Under the pieces are notes generated by a model that worked only from the letters and a program-made list of their open reading frames with translations, made no database searches and was not told the origin of the DNA. This document shows, piece after piece, positions 41,307 to 52,218 of a DNA stretch of 64,000 nt; the first letter of the stretch is position 1; every line of letters starts with the position of its first letter. The translations under genes were made by a program, and so were the position numbers. The stretch comes from an uncultured Gammaproteobacteria bacterium (GTDB taxonomy: Bacteria; Pseudomonadota; Gammaproteobacteria; DRLM01), in NCBI GenBank assembly GCA_963729605.1, contig CAVSNY010000003.1, positions 128,001 through 192,000 of the forward strand, given 5' to 3'.

Positions 41307-44300
41307 CTACCCGTCTCCCAAGGATAATAAAGCGGTGTTGCCGCCTACGGCGGCGGTGTTGACGGTGAGGGTGCGCTCCACTGCGAAGCGCAAGAGATAA
41401 TCCGGGCCGCCGGCCTTGGGGCCGGTGCCGGACAGGCCTTCGCCGCCGAAGGGCTGCACGCCGACCACGGCGCCGATCATGTCGCGATTGATGTAGCAAT
41501 TGCCCACCCGCAGGCGCGATTGAAGGTAATGCGCGGTGGCTTCGATGCGGCTGTGCACGCCGACGGTGAGGCCGTAGCCGGTGGCGTTGATGTCGTCGAT
41601 GACCCGCTCCAGATCGCGCGCCGCGTAGCGGATGATGTGCAGCACGGGGCCGAATACTTCCTGTTGCAGTTGATCGAGGCGGTCGATTTCGAATACCCGC
41701 GGCGCGAAGTAACAGCCGTGTTCGGTGCCCGCCGGCAAGGGTGTTTGATAGAGCAAGCGGCCCGCCGTGCTCATGCGCACGGCGTGTTCGGTGAGGGTGA
41801 GGCGGGCGTTTTCGTCGATGACCGGGCCGATGTCGCTGGCGAGCAGGGCGGGGTCGCCGATTCGCAATTCGGCCATGGCGCCGGCCAGCATCTCGATCAC
41901 CTTGGGCGCGATCTCCTCTTGCAGAAACAAGACCCGCAGTGCCGAGCAGCGTTGGCCCGCGCTGTTGAAGGCGGAGCGGATGACGTCTTTCACCACTTGT
42001 TCGGGCAAGGCCGAGCTGTCGGCGATCATGCAATTTTGACCACCGGTCTCGGCGATGAGGGGCACGATGGCACCTTCGCGCGCGGCGAGGGCGCGTTGCA
42101 GATGTTTGGCGGTGTTGGTGGAGCCGGTGAAGGCGATGCCGGCGATGCGTTCATCGCCGCTGAGCGCCGCGCCGATCACGCCGCCCGCGCCGGGTACGAA
42201 ATGCAATACCGCGGGCGGCACGCCCGCGTCGTGCAGGAGTTGCACGGCGCGGTAGGCGATCAAAGGCGTTTGCCCCGCCGGTTTGGCGATCACCGCATTG
42301 CCGGCGGCGAGGGCCGCGCTCACTTGGCCGGTGAAAATCGCCAGTGGAAAATTCCAGGGGCTGATGCAGGCGAACACGCCGCGGCCGTGGCGCTGTACTT
42401 CATTATGTTCGCCGGTGGGGCCGGGCAAGATCAGCGGCGCGCCGAAATCGCGGCGGGCCCGCGCCGCGTAATAGCGGCAAAAGTCCGCGGCCTCGCGCAC
42501 TTCGCCAAGCGCGTCGGCGACGGTCTTGCCGGCCTCCCGGATACAGAGGGCCATCAGTTCGGCGCGATGGTGTTCGATCTTGTCGGCGGCGTTTTCCAAA
42601 ATGGCGGCGCGTTGTTCCGCGGCCGTGCGTGCCCAGGCCGGCGCGCCCGCCGCGGCGACGGCGATGGCGCGGGTGACGGTGGCGGCGTCGGCGTGAACGA
42701 CGCCGCCGACGCGACGGCGGCGGTCGCTGGGATCGAGCACGGCCCGTTCTTCGCCGTCGCCGGATTTTCCTTCCACTAATGGGGCCGCGCGCCAGGTGGA
42801 TTCGAAGGCGGCGTTTATTTCCTCGTGGAGTTGTTGCAGCGCGAGGGGGTCGGCGAGATTGAGTCCGGCGGAATTGCGGCGGTCGGGATAGAGATGCGCC
42901 GGTGGCGGGATGCGCGGATGGGGTTTCGACGCGAGGGCGGCGGCTTGCGCCACCGGGTCGGCGACGAGTTGTTCGATGGGCGCCCGCGGGTCTTCCAGCC
43001 GGTTGACGAAGGAGGTGTTGGCGCCGTTCTCCAATAAGCGCCGCACCAGATAAGGCAGCAGATCCTCGTGGCTGCCCACCGGGGCGTAGACGCGGCAGGG
43101 CAGCTGAAGGTCGGCGCGGTTCAGTACCTCTTCATACAGCGCGCCGCCCATGCCGTGCAGGCGCTGGAATTCAAAGTCGCGGCGGCGGCCGGCGATTTCC
43201 AGGATGCCGGCGACGGTGTGGGCGTTGTGGGTGGCGAATTGGGGAAACAGCGCGTCGCGGGCCTCGAACAGGCGTTTGACGCAGGCGAGGTACGAGACAT
43301 CGGTGTTGACCTTGCGGGTGAATACCGGATAACCGGCCAGTCCCGCCTGTTGCGCGCGTTTGATTTCGCTGTCCCAATAGGCGCCTTTCACCAGACGCAC
43401 CGGGATGCGTTTGCCCTGTGAGCGGGCGATGTCGATCAGCCAATCCAACACCGGCAGAGCGCGTTTTTGATAGGCCTGTACCGCGAGTCCCAAACCTTCC
43501 CAGGTCCCCAGTTCGTGGGCGCTGAACATCGCGGCGAAGATGTCCAGGGATAAATCGAGACGGTCCGCCTCTTCGGCGTCCAGGGTCAGGCCGATGTCCG
43601 CCCGCCGGGCGGCGCGCGCCAACTCGTGCAGGCGCGGCGGCAGCTCGGCCATCACCCGGTCGTGCTGGGCGAATTCATAACGGGGATGCAACGCCGAGAG
43701 TTTCACCGAGATGCCGGGCCGCGCGAACGCGTTGCCCGTGTTTTTGCCGGTATGGGCGGCGATGGCGTGAATGGCCTTGAGATAGGCCTCGGTATAACGG
43801 TCGGCGTCGTGGCCGGTGAGGGCGGCTTCGCCCAGCATGTCATAAGAGTGGCGATAGGCGCGATGCTCGGGCTGTTCGCTGCGGCGCAGCGCCTCGCCGA
43901 TGTCGCGGCCCATCACGAATTGTTCGCCGAGGATGCGCGTGGCGCGTTTGATGGCGGCGCGGATCACCGGTTCACCGACCCGCACCGCCAGCCGGCCGAG
44001 GAAATGGCCGGTGTCGTCGAGCTGATCGGGCGCCAGCCGCACCACCCGCCCGGTCAGCAGCAGGCCCCAAGTCGAGGCATTGACCAGCAGGGAAGGGCTG
44101 TGTCCGAGGTGTTGGTCCCACTGGCCCTTGGCAAGTTTGTCGCGGATCAGGCTGTCGATGGTCGCGGTGTCCGGGATGCGCAGCAAGGCCTCGGCGAGAC
44201 ACATCAGCACCACGCCTTCCTGCGAGGAAAGGTCGTATTCATGCAGGAAGGCGTCCAACAGGCCTTCCTTGCCTTGTCGGACGCGGACCGCCGTCACCAG

Positions 44301-44456
44301 ATCACGGGCGCGGGTTTGAATGCGGGCGTGCCTTTCGTCGTCGATGGACAAGTCATGCAACAGGGATTCGACATAGGCGGTTTCATCGGCGAGAAAGGCC
44401 TCGCTGATGGCGCGCCGCAAAACAGGGTGAGGTGGCGGTGTCGAAACGAAGCTCAT
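41307..44456 (-). CDS. putA: Bifunctional proline dehydrogenase / P5C dehydrogenase
   Basis: SYDMLGE, VRLVKGAYWD, RRLLENGAN, ETGG, GQRCSA, NTAAVGGN. Confidence 0.97.
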   Translation of the reverse strand: MSFVSTPPPHPVLRRAISEAFLADETAYVESLLHDLSIDDERHARIQTRARDLVTAVRVRQGKEGLLDAFLHEYDLSSQEGVVLMCLAEALLRIPDTATIDSLIRDKLAKGQWDQHLGHSPSLLVNASTWGLLLTGRVVRLAPDQLDDTGHFLGRLAVRVGEPVIRAAIKRATRILGEQFVMGRDIGEALRRSEQPEHRAYRHSYDMLGEAALTGHDADRYTEAYLKAIHAIAAHTGKNTGNAFARPGISVKLSALHPRYEFAQHDRVMAELPPRLHELARAARRADIGLTLDAEEADRLDLSLDIFAAMFSAHELGTWEGLGLAVQAYQKRALPVLDWLIDIARSQGKRIPVRLVKGAYWDSEIKRAQQAGLAGYPVFTRKVNTDVSYLACVKRLFEARDALFPQFATHNAHTVAGILEIAGRRRDFEFQRLHGMGGALYEEVLNRADLQLPCRVYAPVGSHEDLLPYLVRRLLENGANTSFVNRLEDPRAPIEQLVADPVAQAAALASKPHPRIPPPAHLYPDRRNSAGLNLADPLALQQLHEEINAAFESTWRAAPLVEGKSGDGEERAVLDPSDRRRRVGGVVHADAATVTRAIAVAAAGAPAWARTAAEQRAAILENAADKIEHHRAELMALCIREAGKTVADALGEVREAADFCRYYAARARRDFGAPLILPGPTGEHNEVQRHGRGVFACISPWNFPLAIFTGQVSAALAAGNAVIAKPAGQTPLIAYRAVQLLHDAGVPPAVLHFVPGAGGVIGAALSGDERIAGIAFTGSTNTAKHLQRALAAREGAIVPLIAETGGQNCMIADSSALPEQVVKDVIRSAFNSAGQRCSALRVLFLQEEIAPKVIEMLAGAMAELRIGDPALLASDIGPVIDENARLTLTEHAVRMSTAGRLLYQTPLPAGTEHGCYFAPRVFEIDRLDQLQQEVFGPVLHIIRYAARDLERVIDDINATGYGLTVGVHSRIEATAHYLQSRLRVGNCYINRDMIGAVVGVQPFGGEGLSGTGPKAGGPDYLLRFAVERTLTVNTAAVGGNTALLSLGDG

Positions 44457-44681
44457 GCGTATTCCTCGGCAGCCCGGCCTGGTCGTTATAACATGGAGAT
44501 GATGGTCATGACAGGTATCGGCCCGGGTGGTTCAAGTCACCGGCCGCCTGGTTATTCGCCGCGGTTTGGCGGCGTCCGCCGGCGGGTTTTTTAAGGGGCA
44601 TTTCCCGCTGCCGCCGTTGCGCCGGGGGCCATTCTAGTTTAACCTTGGCCGCCTTTGCAGGCCCCCGCGGCTTGTATTCCC

Positions 44682-45232
<551 letters not shown>

Positions 45233-45279
45233 CTTTATATTCCAGCACGCGCGACTAGCGCGTTGTGACCTCAAATTAT

Positions 45280-45393
45280 GGTGGCCCGGGCCGGTCCTCC
45301 CGCAACGATACGCTGTGAACCCCGTCAGGCCCGGAAGGGAGCAGCGGCAGCAGCGGATTCGTGTGCCGGGGTCGGGCGGGTTCGGGCTGCCAC
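45280..45393 (+). ncRNA. ffs: Signal recognition particle 4.5S RNA
   Basis: GTCAGGCCCGGAAGGGAGCAGC helix-8 motif in a long hairpin upstream of dnaX; ends approximate. Confidence 0.92.
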
Positions 45394-45468
45394 CCTTTTC
45401 TCCCGCCGCCGCTGTGAATTCGGTTACAATGCCCGGCATCCTTAGGCGTCGAATGTAACCCCATACCG

Positions 45469-47118
45469 ATGAGTTACCAAGTCCTTGCCCGTAAATGGCG
45501 GCCCCGCAACTTTCAGGAGATGGTGGGGCAGGAGCATGTGCTGCGGGCGCTCATCAATGCCTTGGATAATCAGCGCCTGCACCACGCCTATCTGTTCACG
45601 GGCACCCGCGGGGTGGGCAAGACCACCGTGGCGCGCATCTTCGCCAAGTCTCTCAATTGCGAGCAGGGGATCACCTCCCGGCCTTGCGGTGTCTGCGGCG
45701 CCTGCCGGGAGATCGACGAGGGACGCTTCGTCGATTTGATCGAGGTCGATGCCGCCTCCCGCACCAAGGTGGAGGACACCCGCGAGCTGCTGGAGAACGT
45801 CCAGTACGCGCCGACCAGCGGCCGCTACAAGGTCTATCTCATCGACGAGGTGCACATGCTCTCCACCCACAGCTTCAACGCCCTGTTGAAGACGCTGGAA
45901 GAGCCGCCGCCGCACGTGAAATTCCTGCTGGCCACCACCGATCCGCAGCGCCTGCCGGTGACGATTCTGTCGCGCTGCCTGCAATTCAATCTCAAACGCA
46001 TGGCGCCCGAGACCATCCGTGCCCACCTCACCCATGTCCTGGGACAGGAAAATATTACCGCCGAGCCGGCGGCCTTGACTCAGTTGGCGCGCGCCGCGGA
46101 CGGCAGCATGCGCGACGCCCTGAGTTTATTGGACCAAGCCATCGCCTTCGGCGGCGGCCAGGTCAACGAGGCGGACGTGCGCGCGATGTTGGGGAGTATC
46201 GAGCACGGCCAGGTGGTGGCCCTGGCCGAGGCCCTCGCGGCGCGCGACGGTGCGGCGCTCTTGCGGCACAGCGCCGCGCTGGCGGAATTCGCGCCGGATT
46301 ACGGTGACGTACTGGCGGAATTGATTTCTCTGTTGTATCAGGTGGCGGTGGTGCAGGCCGTGCCGGCCGCCGCCGCCGATGAAATGTATGCGGAAGCGGC
46401 GGCGCGGCTCGCGGGCGTGATGAGTCCCGAGGACGTGCAGTTGTTTTATCAAATCGGCCTGATCGGACGGCGCGATCTGCCCTTGGCGCCCGCGCCGCGT
46501 TCGGGCTTCGAGATGGTGTTGTTGCGGATGCTGGCCTTCGTGCCCGCCGCCGGAGAGGCGCAGGCGAGCGCGCCGCCGGTTGCCGCCGCGCCGCGCCGCG
46601 CCGCGCCCGTGACCGCGGCGCCCGCTATGGTTGCACCGGTATCCGCCTCTTCCGCGCCGCGGCCGCCCGCCGCGGTCGGGCCGGCTGCGTCCGCCATCCC
46701 CAAATCCGTTCCCGGCAGCGCGCCGGCCGCCGCCGCGCATGCCGATGATTGGAGCGCGCTCATCGAGGCCTTGCGCCTGCACGGCATCGCCCGCGAGTTG
46801 GCGGTAAACTGTTCGCTGAAATCCCGTGATGGCGATGTGTTCCATTTGGTGATCGCGCCGGTTCACGCCTCGCTGCGCAATGCCCGGCTCGAGCAACGCT
46901 TGCAGGAATCGTTGAGCACGCATCTAGGTAAACCGGTGAAACTGGTGTTCAGTATCGCCGCGCCGGAGGCGGAAACCCCGGCCTTGATGAAGGAGCGGGT
47001 GAGTCAGGATCGTCTGCGCGCGGCGCAGGAGGCCATAGCGCAGGACGGTAATGTAAAAACTTTGCAGGAGATGTTCGAGGCCCGGGTCGTGCCGGAATCG
47101 GTGCAGCCGGTCGACTGA
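45469..47118 (+). CDS. dnaX: DNA polymerase III subunit gamma/tau
   Basis: LARKWRP, GTRGVGKTT, DEVHML, SRC. Confidence 0.98.
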   Translation: MSYQVLARKWRPRNFQEMVGQEHVLRALINALDNQRLHHAYLFTGTRGVGKTTVARIFAKSLNCEQGITSRPCGVCGACREIDEGRFVDLIEVDAASRTKVEDTRELLENVQYAPTSGRYKVYLIDEVHMLSTHSFNALLKTLEEPPPHVKFLLATTDPQRLPVTILSRCLQFNLKRMAPETIRAHLTHVLGQENITAEPAALTQLARAADGSMRDALSLLDQAIAFGGGQVNEADVRAMLGSIEHGQVVALAEALAARDGAALLRHSAALAEFAPDYGDVLAELISLLYQVAVVQAVPAAAADEMYAEAAARLAGVMSPEDVQLFYQIGLIGRRDLPLAPAPRSGFEMVLLRMLAFVPAAGEAQASAPPVAAAPRRAAPVTAAPAMVAPVSASSAPRPPAAVGPAASAIPKSVPGSAPAAAAHADDWSALIEALRLHGIARELAVNCSLKSRDGDVFHLVIAPVHASLRNARLEQRLQESLSTHLGKPVKLVFSIAAPEAETPALMKERVSQDRLRAAQEAIAQDGNVKTLQEMFEARVVPESVQPVD

Positions 47119-47157
47119 TGGAAACCATGCAGCCAACATGTGGTTGAGGAGGACGAG

Positions 47158-47481
47158 ATGAAAGGCGGATTGGGCAACATGATGAAGCAGGCGCAGCGCA
47201 TGCAGGAAAACGTGCAGCGCGCGCAGCAGGAATTGGCGGAGATGGAAGTCACCGGCCAGGCCGGCGGCGGCATGGTCAGCGTGGTGATGACCGGCCGGCA
47301 TGACGTGAAGCGGGTCAACATCGACGCCGGCCTGATGCAGGAAGACAAAGAGATGCTGGAAGACTTGCTGGCCGCCGCGGTGAACGACGCGGTGCGGCAG
47401 ATCGAAACCCGCACTCAGGAAAAAATGGCCAGCGTCACCTCGGGCATGGGACTGCCCGGCGGATTCAAGATGCCGTTTTGA
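47158..47481 (+). CDS. ybaB: YbaB/EbfC nucleoid-associated protein
   Basis: [25 protein letters not shown]; lies between dnaX and recR. Confidence 0.95.
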   Translation: MKGGLGNMMKQAQRMQENVQRAQQELAEMEVTGQAGGGMVSVVMTGRHDVKRVNIDAGLMQEDKEMLEDLLAAAVNDAVRQIETRTQEKMASVTSGMGLPGGFKMPF

Positions 47482-48086
47482 TGAACTTGGCGCGGGATAC
47501 TTCGCTCATCGCGGAATTGATGGAGGCGCTGCGCTGCCTGCCGGGCGTGGGGCCGAAGTCGGCGCAGCGCATGACCTATCATCTGCTGCAACGCAACCGC
47601 GAGGGCGCGCGGCGTTTGGCGCAGGCTCTGGCGGGCGCGGCGGAGCGGGTCGGTCATTGCGCGTGTTGCCGCACCTTCACCGAACTGGAGGTGTGCGCCT
47701 TGTGTAGCAGCGCGCAGCGCGATCACGCCCAGTTGTGCGTGGTGGAATCGCCGGCCGATGTCTTGGCGGTGGAACACGCCACCGGTTACCGCGGTTTGTA
47801 TTTCGTATTGATGGGCCACCTCTCGCCCTTGGACGGCATCGGTCCCGAAGAACTGGGCGTGGCGCACTTGCTGGACCGGCTCGCCGAGGGTGAAATCAAA
47901 GAAGTGATCCTCGCCACCAATCCCACCGTGGAAGGCGAGGCCACCGCTCATTACCTCAGCGAGCTGGTGCGGGCGCGCGGTATCAAGGCCAGCCGTATCG
48001 CCCACGGTGTGCCTCTCGGCGGTGAATTGGAATATATCGACGGCGGTACGCTGTCGCACGCCTTCGCGGGACGTAAATCGCTGTGA
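47481..48086 (+). CDS. recR: Recombination mediator RecR
   Basis: [12 protein letters not shown]4 zinc finger, [18 protein letters not shown]. Confidence 0.97.
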   Translation: MNLARDTSLIAELMEALRCLPGVGPKSAQRMTYHLLQRNREGARRLAQALAGAAERVGHCACCRTFTELEVCALCSSAQRDHAQLCVVESPADVLAVEHATGYRGLYFVLMGHLSPLDGIGPEELGVAHLLDRLAEGEIKEVILATNPTVEGEATAHYLSELVRARGIKASRIAHGVPLGGELEYIDGGTLSHAFAGRKSL

Positions 48087-48215
48087 TCCGTTCGCCGTTG
48101 CGCCCGCGGTGCGAACCTGTTTCTTCACGTCGTGAGCAAACCGCGTTGCATGCGCTTAACCTCGGCGCTATACCATGCTAATCTCCGACCTCATGTCTGT
48201 GAGAGGTTATCGCAA

Positions 48216-48611
48216 ATGATGGCGGAAACGGTGTGGGTGGCGGCGGGAACCTATCTGATAATGCTCGCCGCTTTTTACTTGTCTCGTTATCGCTGGGTGC
48301 ACATCCCCATCATGGTCAGCGTGATGTTGTTCGATCTGGCCATGCCGTTTTATCTTTATCTCACCGGCGACTGGTATCGCCGTTTGATCGAGCAGGAAGA
48401 GATATTTTCTTTTCTGATCTGGATGCACGTGGGTTTGGTGTTCACGCTTTATGCGCTGTACTTTCTTCAAATCCAGGCGGCGCGTAAGATATTCCGCGGT
48501 GACGCCGAAGGTCGCGCCGACCACCGTAGTCAAGCCAAGGCGGTACTTTTGGTGAGAGGATTGGTGCTGCTCACGGCGGCTCTATTGGTGGAGCCGGATC
48601 CCGTTTCTTAA
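48216..48611 (+). CDS. Small 4-TM membrane protein with His residues (DUF420-like)
   Basis: Four hydrophobic segments with His (VHIP, MHVG, DHR); family assignment tentative. Confidence 0.6.
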   Translation: MMAETVWVAAGTYLIMLAAFYLSRYRWVHIPIMVSVMLFDLAMPFYLYLTGDWYRRLIEQEEIFSFLIWMHVGLVFTLYALYFLQIQAARKIFRGDAEGRADHRSQAKAVLLVRGLVLLTAALLVEPDPVS

Positions 48612-48664
48612 GTCTTGATACTCCGGTGCAGGGGTAAGAGATGTCCTGACCGAGGAGAAATGTT

Positions 48665-49114
48665 ATGCAGTTGACGCTTTATACCGATTATTCGTTGCGG
48701 GTGTTGCTGTATCTCGGGCTGGCGCCGGAACGTACCGCCACGATCACGGAAATCGCCCGCGCCTATGGCATTTCGCGCAACCACCTGGTGAAGGTGGTGC
48801 ATAATCTGTCCATCCACCAATTCATTCTCACTACCCGCGGCCGGGGCGGCGGCATCGGCCTGGCGCGGCCGCCCGAAGAGATCGTCATCGGCGATGTGGT
48901 GCGTCACACCGAAATGAATTTCAATTTGGTGGAGTGTTTCAACCGCGAGCATAATACCTGTCCCATTTCGTCGGCCTGTATTCTCAAAGGCGCTTTATAC
49001 GAGGCGCAGCGCGCCTTCATGGCGGTGCTCGATAAACACACCTTGGCCGATGTCCTTAAAAACAGCGATTGGCTGCGTTCGGTGTTGCGGATGCAGAACG
49101 CGCTCGCGAGTTAA
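48665..49114 (+). CDS. nsrR: Rrf2-family regulator, NsrR-like
   Basis: MQLTLYTDYSLR, SRNHLVK, RGRGGG, three Cys (EC..C..C). Confidence 0.8.
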   Translation: MQLTLYTDYSLRVLLYLGLAPERTATITEIARAYGISRNHLVKVVHNLSIHQFILTTRGRGGGIGLARPPEEIVIGDVVRHTEMNFNLVECFNREHNTCPISSACILKGALYEAQRAFMAVLDKHTLADVLKNSDWLRSVLRMQNALAS

Positions 49115-49162
49115 GAATATTGAATCGGGATGAGATGCGATGCGCGAGGGCATCGCTGATTC

Positions 49163-49280
49163 ACTGAGACGTCCTCCGGCTCTCCCGGGAGGGCTCATCA
49201 AAGTTGATTCCTGTGGCCGCTGTTGGTGATGTCCCAAGGGGCGGGATGGCCGTAGCGCCGGGGGGTCGCTCTTTTCCTAA
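49163..49280 (-). repeat. Degenerate dispersed element homologous to 9043-9187
   Basis: Shared minus-strand blocks AAAAGAGC.ACC, CCTTGGGAC, ACAGCGGCC and CAACT.TGATGAG.CC. Confidence 0.6.
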
Positions 49281-49297
49281 ATGGTATTTCAGGGTCC

Positions 49298-50323
49298 CTA
49301 GGTTTTCATCGCGGCGGCGATGCGCCGGTAACTCGCCAGCCGCCGCGGACTGATTTCCCCGTTGTCGGCGGCCATGCTCACTGCGCAATCCGGTTCGCTG
49401 CGGTGAGTGCAATTGTTGAAGCGGCAGGCGCCGGCGTAGCGGCCGAACTCCAAAAAACCTTCCGCCAGTTCCGCGATATCGACATGCCACAAGTCGAAAT
49501 CGCGCACGCCGGGCGAGTCGATCAGATCGCCGCCGCCCGGCAAATGATACAGCGCCGCCGTGGTGGTGGTGTGACGCCCCTCGCCGCTGTTGGCCGACAC
49601 GGCGCCGATGCGGATCTCCTGCCCGGGGTGGAGGGCCTGGGCGAGCGAGGATTTGCCCACCCCCGATTGGCCGATGATGACGCTGGTTTTGTTGCGCAGG
49701 GCCTCCGTCAACGGCGTCAAGCCTTGCTGTTTTTTCGCGGCGGTAAACAACACCGGATAACCGATGCCGCGATAAATCGCCGCGAGTTGTTCGGCCGCCG
49801 CGCGGCCGCCGTCGCTGAATAAATCCGCTTTGTTGATCAGGATCAATGCGTCGATGCGGCACAGCGCGGCGGCGGCGAGATAACGGTCGATCAATTGTTC
49901 ATCGAGCACCTGATCGTTTTCACTGGCGGTGGCGGCGTCGTGGGCGGGGCGGTGACGGGGTGCGGTGACCACGATGAGTTGATCGACGTTGGCGGCCATG
50001 GGTTTGAGCTGGCCCCGCGGGTCGGGCCGCACCAGCAGCGATTGACGCGGTTCCAGGGCGAGAATGACGCCTTCGTCCAAGTTGGTGGCCTGCCAGCGCA
50101 CGCGGTCGCCGCACACCAACGCGCCGGCCTTTTTGCGCGCCGTGCAGCGATGAACATGGCCTGCGCTATCTTCTATTTCCAGGGCGGCGCCGAAGTTGCT
50201 GATCACCAGGCCGGGCAGGCCGTCCGCGGCGTCGCTGTCCGGCGTTACGGGCGCGGTATGGCGCGAACGCTTGGATGAAGGGCGGGGCGTGAATTTGCTC
50301 ATGCCGTGCGATGAGCCTTTCAT
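49298..50323 (-). CDS. rsgA: Ribosome small subunit-dependent GTPase RsgA; start uncertain
   Basis: AANVDQ, NKAD, GQSGVGKSS, GRHTTT, DSPG, CRFNNCTHRSEPDC. Confidence 0.95.
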   Translation of the reverse strand: MKGSSHGMSKFTPRPSSKRSRHTAPVTPDSDAADGLPGLVISNFGAALEIEDSAGHVHRCTARKKAGALVCGDRVRWQATNLDEGVILALEPRQSLLVRPDPRGQLKPMAANVDQLIVVTAPRHRPAHDAATASENDQVLDEQLIDRYLAAAALCRIDALILINKADLFSDGGRAAAEQLAAIYRGIGYPVLFTAAKKQQGLTPLTEALRNKTSVIIGQSGVGKSSLAQALHPGQEIRIGAVSANSGEGRHTTTTAALYHLPGGGDLIDSPGVRDFDLWHVDIAELAEGFLEFGRYAGACRFNNCTHRSEPDCAVSMAADNGEISPRRLASYRRIAAAMKT

Positions 50324-51582
50324 CCTGGCCGTGAGTGCGCGGCGAGTTGGGCGATGCGCACCGGCGCCGGCGGATGGCTGTCGTGATAGGCCGAATACCA
50401 GGGATCGGGCGTGAGGGTCGCGGCGTTTTCCTCATAGAGTTTGACCAGGGCGTCGATGAGCGGCTGGGCGCCGGTTTGCCGCGCGGCGAAGGCGTCGGCC
50501 TCGAATTCGTGTTTGCGCATCCAATAGGCGGACAGCGGATGAAACAGGATCGTGAAATAGGGCGCGGCGAACAGGAACAGCAAGAGCAGGGCGGGGGCTG
50601 ATGCTTCTTGCATGCCGAGTCCTTGATAGAACCAGGTCTGGCCGCTCAGCCAGCCGAGCGCCGCGAAGCCGATGAAGGTGGTCACCGCCATCATCAGCAG
50701 GCGTTGGGTGATATGGCCGTGTTTGAAATGGCCCAGCTCGTGGGCGAGCACCGCCTCGATTTCATCGGGGGTGAGGGTCTTCAACAAGGTATCGAAGAAC
50801 ACGATGCGTTTATTGGCGCCGAAGCCGGTGAAATAGGCGTTGCCGTGTTGCGAGCGGGTGGAGCCGTCCATCACGAAGATGCCGCTGCTGGCGAAGCCGC
50901 AGCGCTCCAGCAGGCCGACGATACGGCGATGCAGGTTTTGATCTTGCAGCGGCGAAAATTTATTGAAGAGCGGCGCGATCCAGGCGGGGTAGGCCCACAT
51001 CATGATCAGGCTCAGTCCCATCCAGGCCGCCCAACCCAGCAGCCACCACCACATTCCGCTGGAGGCGAGCAGCCAGAGCAGGAGGGCGATGACGGGGACG
51101 CCGATCAGAATGAATAACAGCCCTTGTTTGAGCAGATCGGTAATGAACAGCCGCGGTGTCGTGCGGTTGAAGCCGAAACGCGCCTCCAGGCCGAAGGTGC
51201 GATAGGCGTCCAGCGGCAGGCTTAATAAACTGGAGATCAATAATACGCTGACCATGAAGCCGATGCCGGGCAGCAGCGAAGCGTGGGAGTCGACGTTCCA
51301 CCCGTCGGCGAGCAGCGCCAGTCCACCGCCGAGGGTCCAGGCCAGGACCAGCAGGGCACCGCTGATGATACTCGTATACTCCAGCCGCATTTTGGCCTGC
51401 GTATAATCCGCGGCCTTTTGGTGGGTGGCGAGCGGGATGCGGCCGTCAAAGGCGGCGGGGACGCGGTCGCGATGGCGTATCACGCTGCGGGATTGCCGGC
51501 GCGCCAGCCACAGTTCGATCGCGCTGGCGAGCAGGACCATGGCAATAAAGATTAAACTGAATTCATTCATGATGGGTTCCAC
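50320..51582 (-). CDS. M48 (Ste24-like) zinc metallopeptidase
   Basis: Multiple TMs, NAYFTGFG, HELGH, HEFEAD, SHPP. Confidence 0.93.
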   Translation of the reverse strand: MEPIMNEFSLIFIAMVLLASAIELWLARRQSRSVIRHRDRVPAAFDGRIPLATHQKAADYTQAKMRLEYTSIISGALLVLAWTLGGGLALLADGWNVDSHASLLPGIGFMVSVLLISSLLSLPLDAYRTFGLEARFGFNRTTPRLFITDLLKQGLLFILIGVPVIALLLWLLASSGMWWWLLGWAAWMGLSLIMMWAYPAWIAPLFNKFSPLQDQNLHRRIVGLLERCGFASSGIFVMDGSTRSQHGNAYFTGFGANKRIVFFDTLLKTLTPDEIEAVLAHELGHFKHGHITQRLLMMAVTTFIGFAALGWLSGQTWFYQGLGMQEASAPALLLLFLFAAPYFTILFHPLSAYWMRKHEFEADAFAARQTGAQPLIDALVKLYEENAATLTPDPWYSAYHDSHPPAPVRIAQLAAHSRPG

Positions 51583-51654
51583 GCAGCCGGCCGAGATGCG
51601 TTTTGTTACAATGCGGGGTGATAATCCGTTTAATCAATGCTGGAAGGATGGTCA

Positions 51655-52218
51655 ATGACTCAGGATCCGTTGAATCTCATCTGGATCGACCTGGAAATGA
51701 CGGGGCTCGATACCAACCGCGATTATATCATCGAGATCGCCACCGTCATCACCGATAGCGCGCTCAATATACTGGCGGAGGGCCCGGTGCTGGCGATCCA
51801 TCAGTCCGACGAGACGTTGAACGCCATGGACAATTGGAATCAAAACCAGCATGGCAAATCGGGGCTGATCGACCGGGTGCGCGCCAGCCGGGTGAGCGCG
51901 GCGGACGCCGAGCGGCAGACCTTGGAATTCGTCCGGCAGTATGTGCCGTCGCGCGGCTCGCCGATGTGCGGCAACAGCATCTGCCAGGACCGGCGTTTTC
52001 TTGCCCGCTGCATGCCGGCCTTGGAGGCCTATTTTCACTATCGCAATCTCGACGTGAGCACGGTGAAGGAATTGGCGCGGCGCTGGGCGCCGGCGGTCTA
52101 CGGCGGTTTTACCAAGGAGAGCAGTCATCTGGCCCTCGAGGATATTCGCGATTCGATCAACGAGCTGAGATATTACCGCGAGAGTTTTTTCCGTCTGCCG
52201 GGCGGCCCGTCAGTATAG
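51655..52218 (+). CDS. orn: Oligoribonuclease
   Basis: [29 protein letters not shown]. Confidence 0.97.
   Translation: MTQDPLNLIWIDLEMTGLDTNRDYIIEIATVITDSALNILAEGPVLAIHQSDETLNAMDNWNQNQHGKSGLIDRVRASRVSAADAERQTLEFVRQYVPSRGSPMCGNSICQDRRFLARCMPALEAYFHYRNLDVSTVKELARRWAPAVYGGFTKESSHLALEDIRDSINELRYYRESFFRLPGGPSV

Noticed and set aside
46540-46760. dnaX programmed frameshift site
   Set aside because: No AAAAAAG or long A-run slippery sequence is visible in the linker
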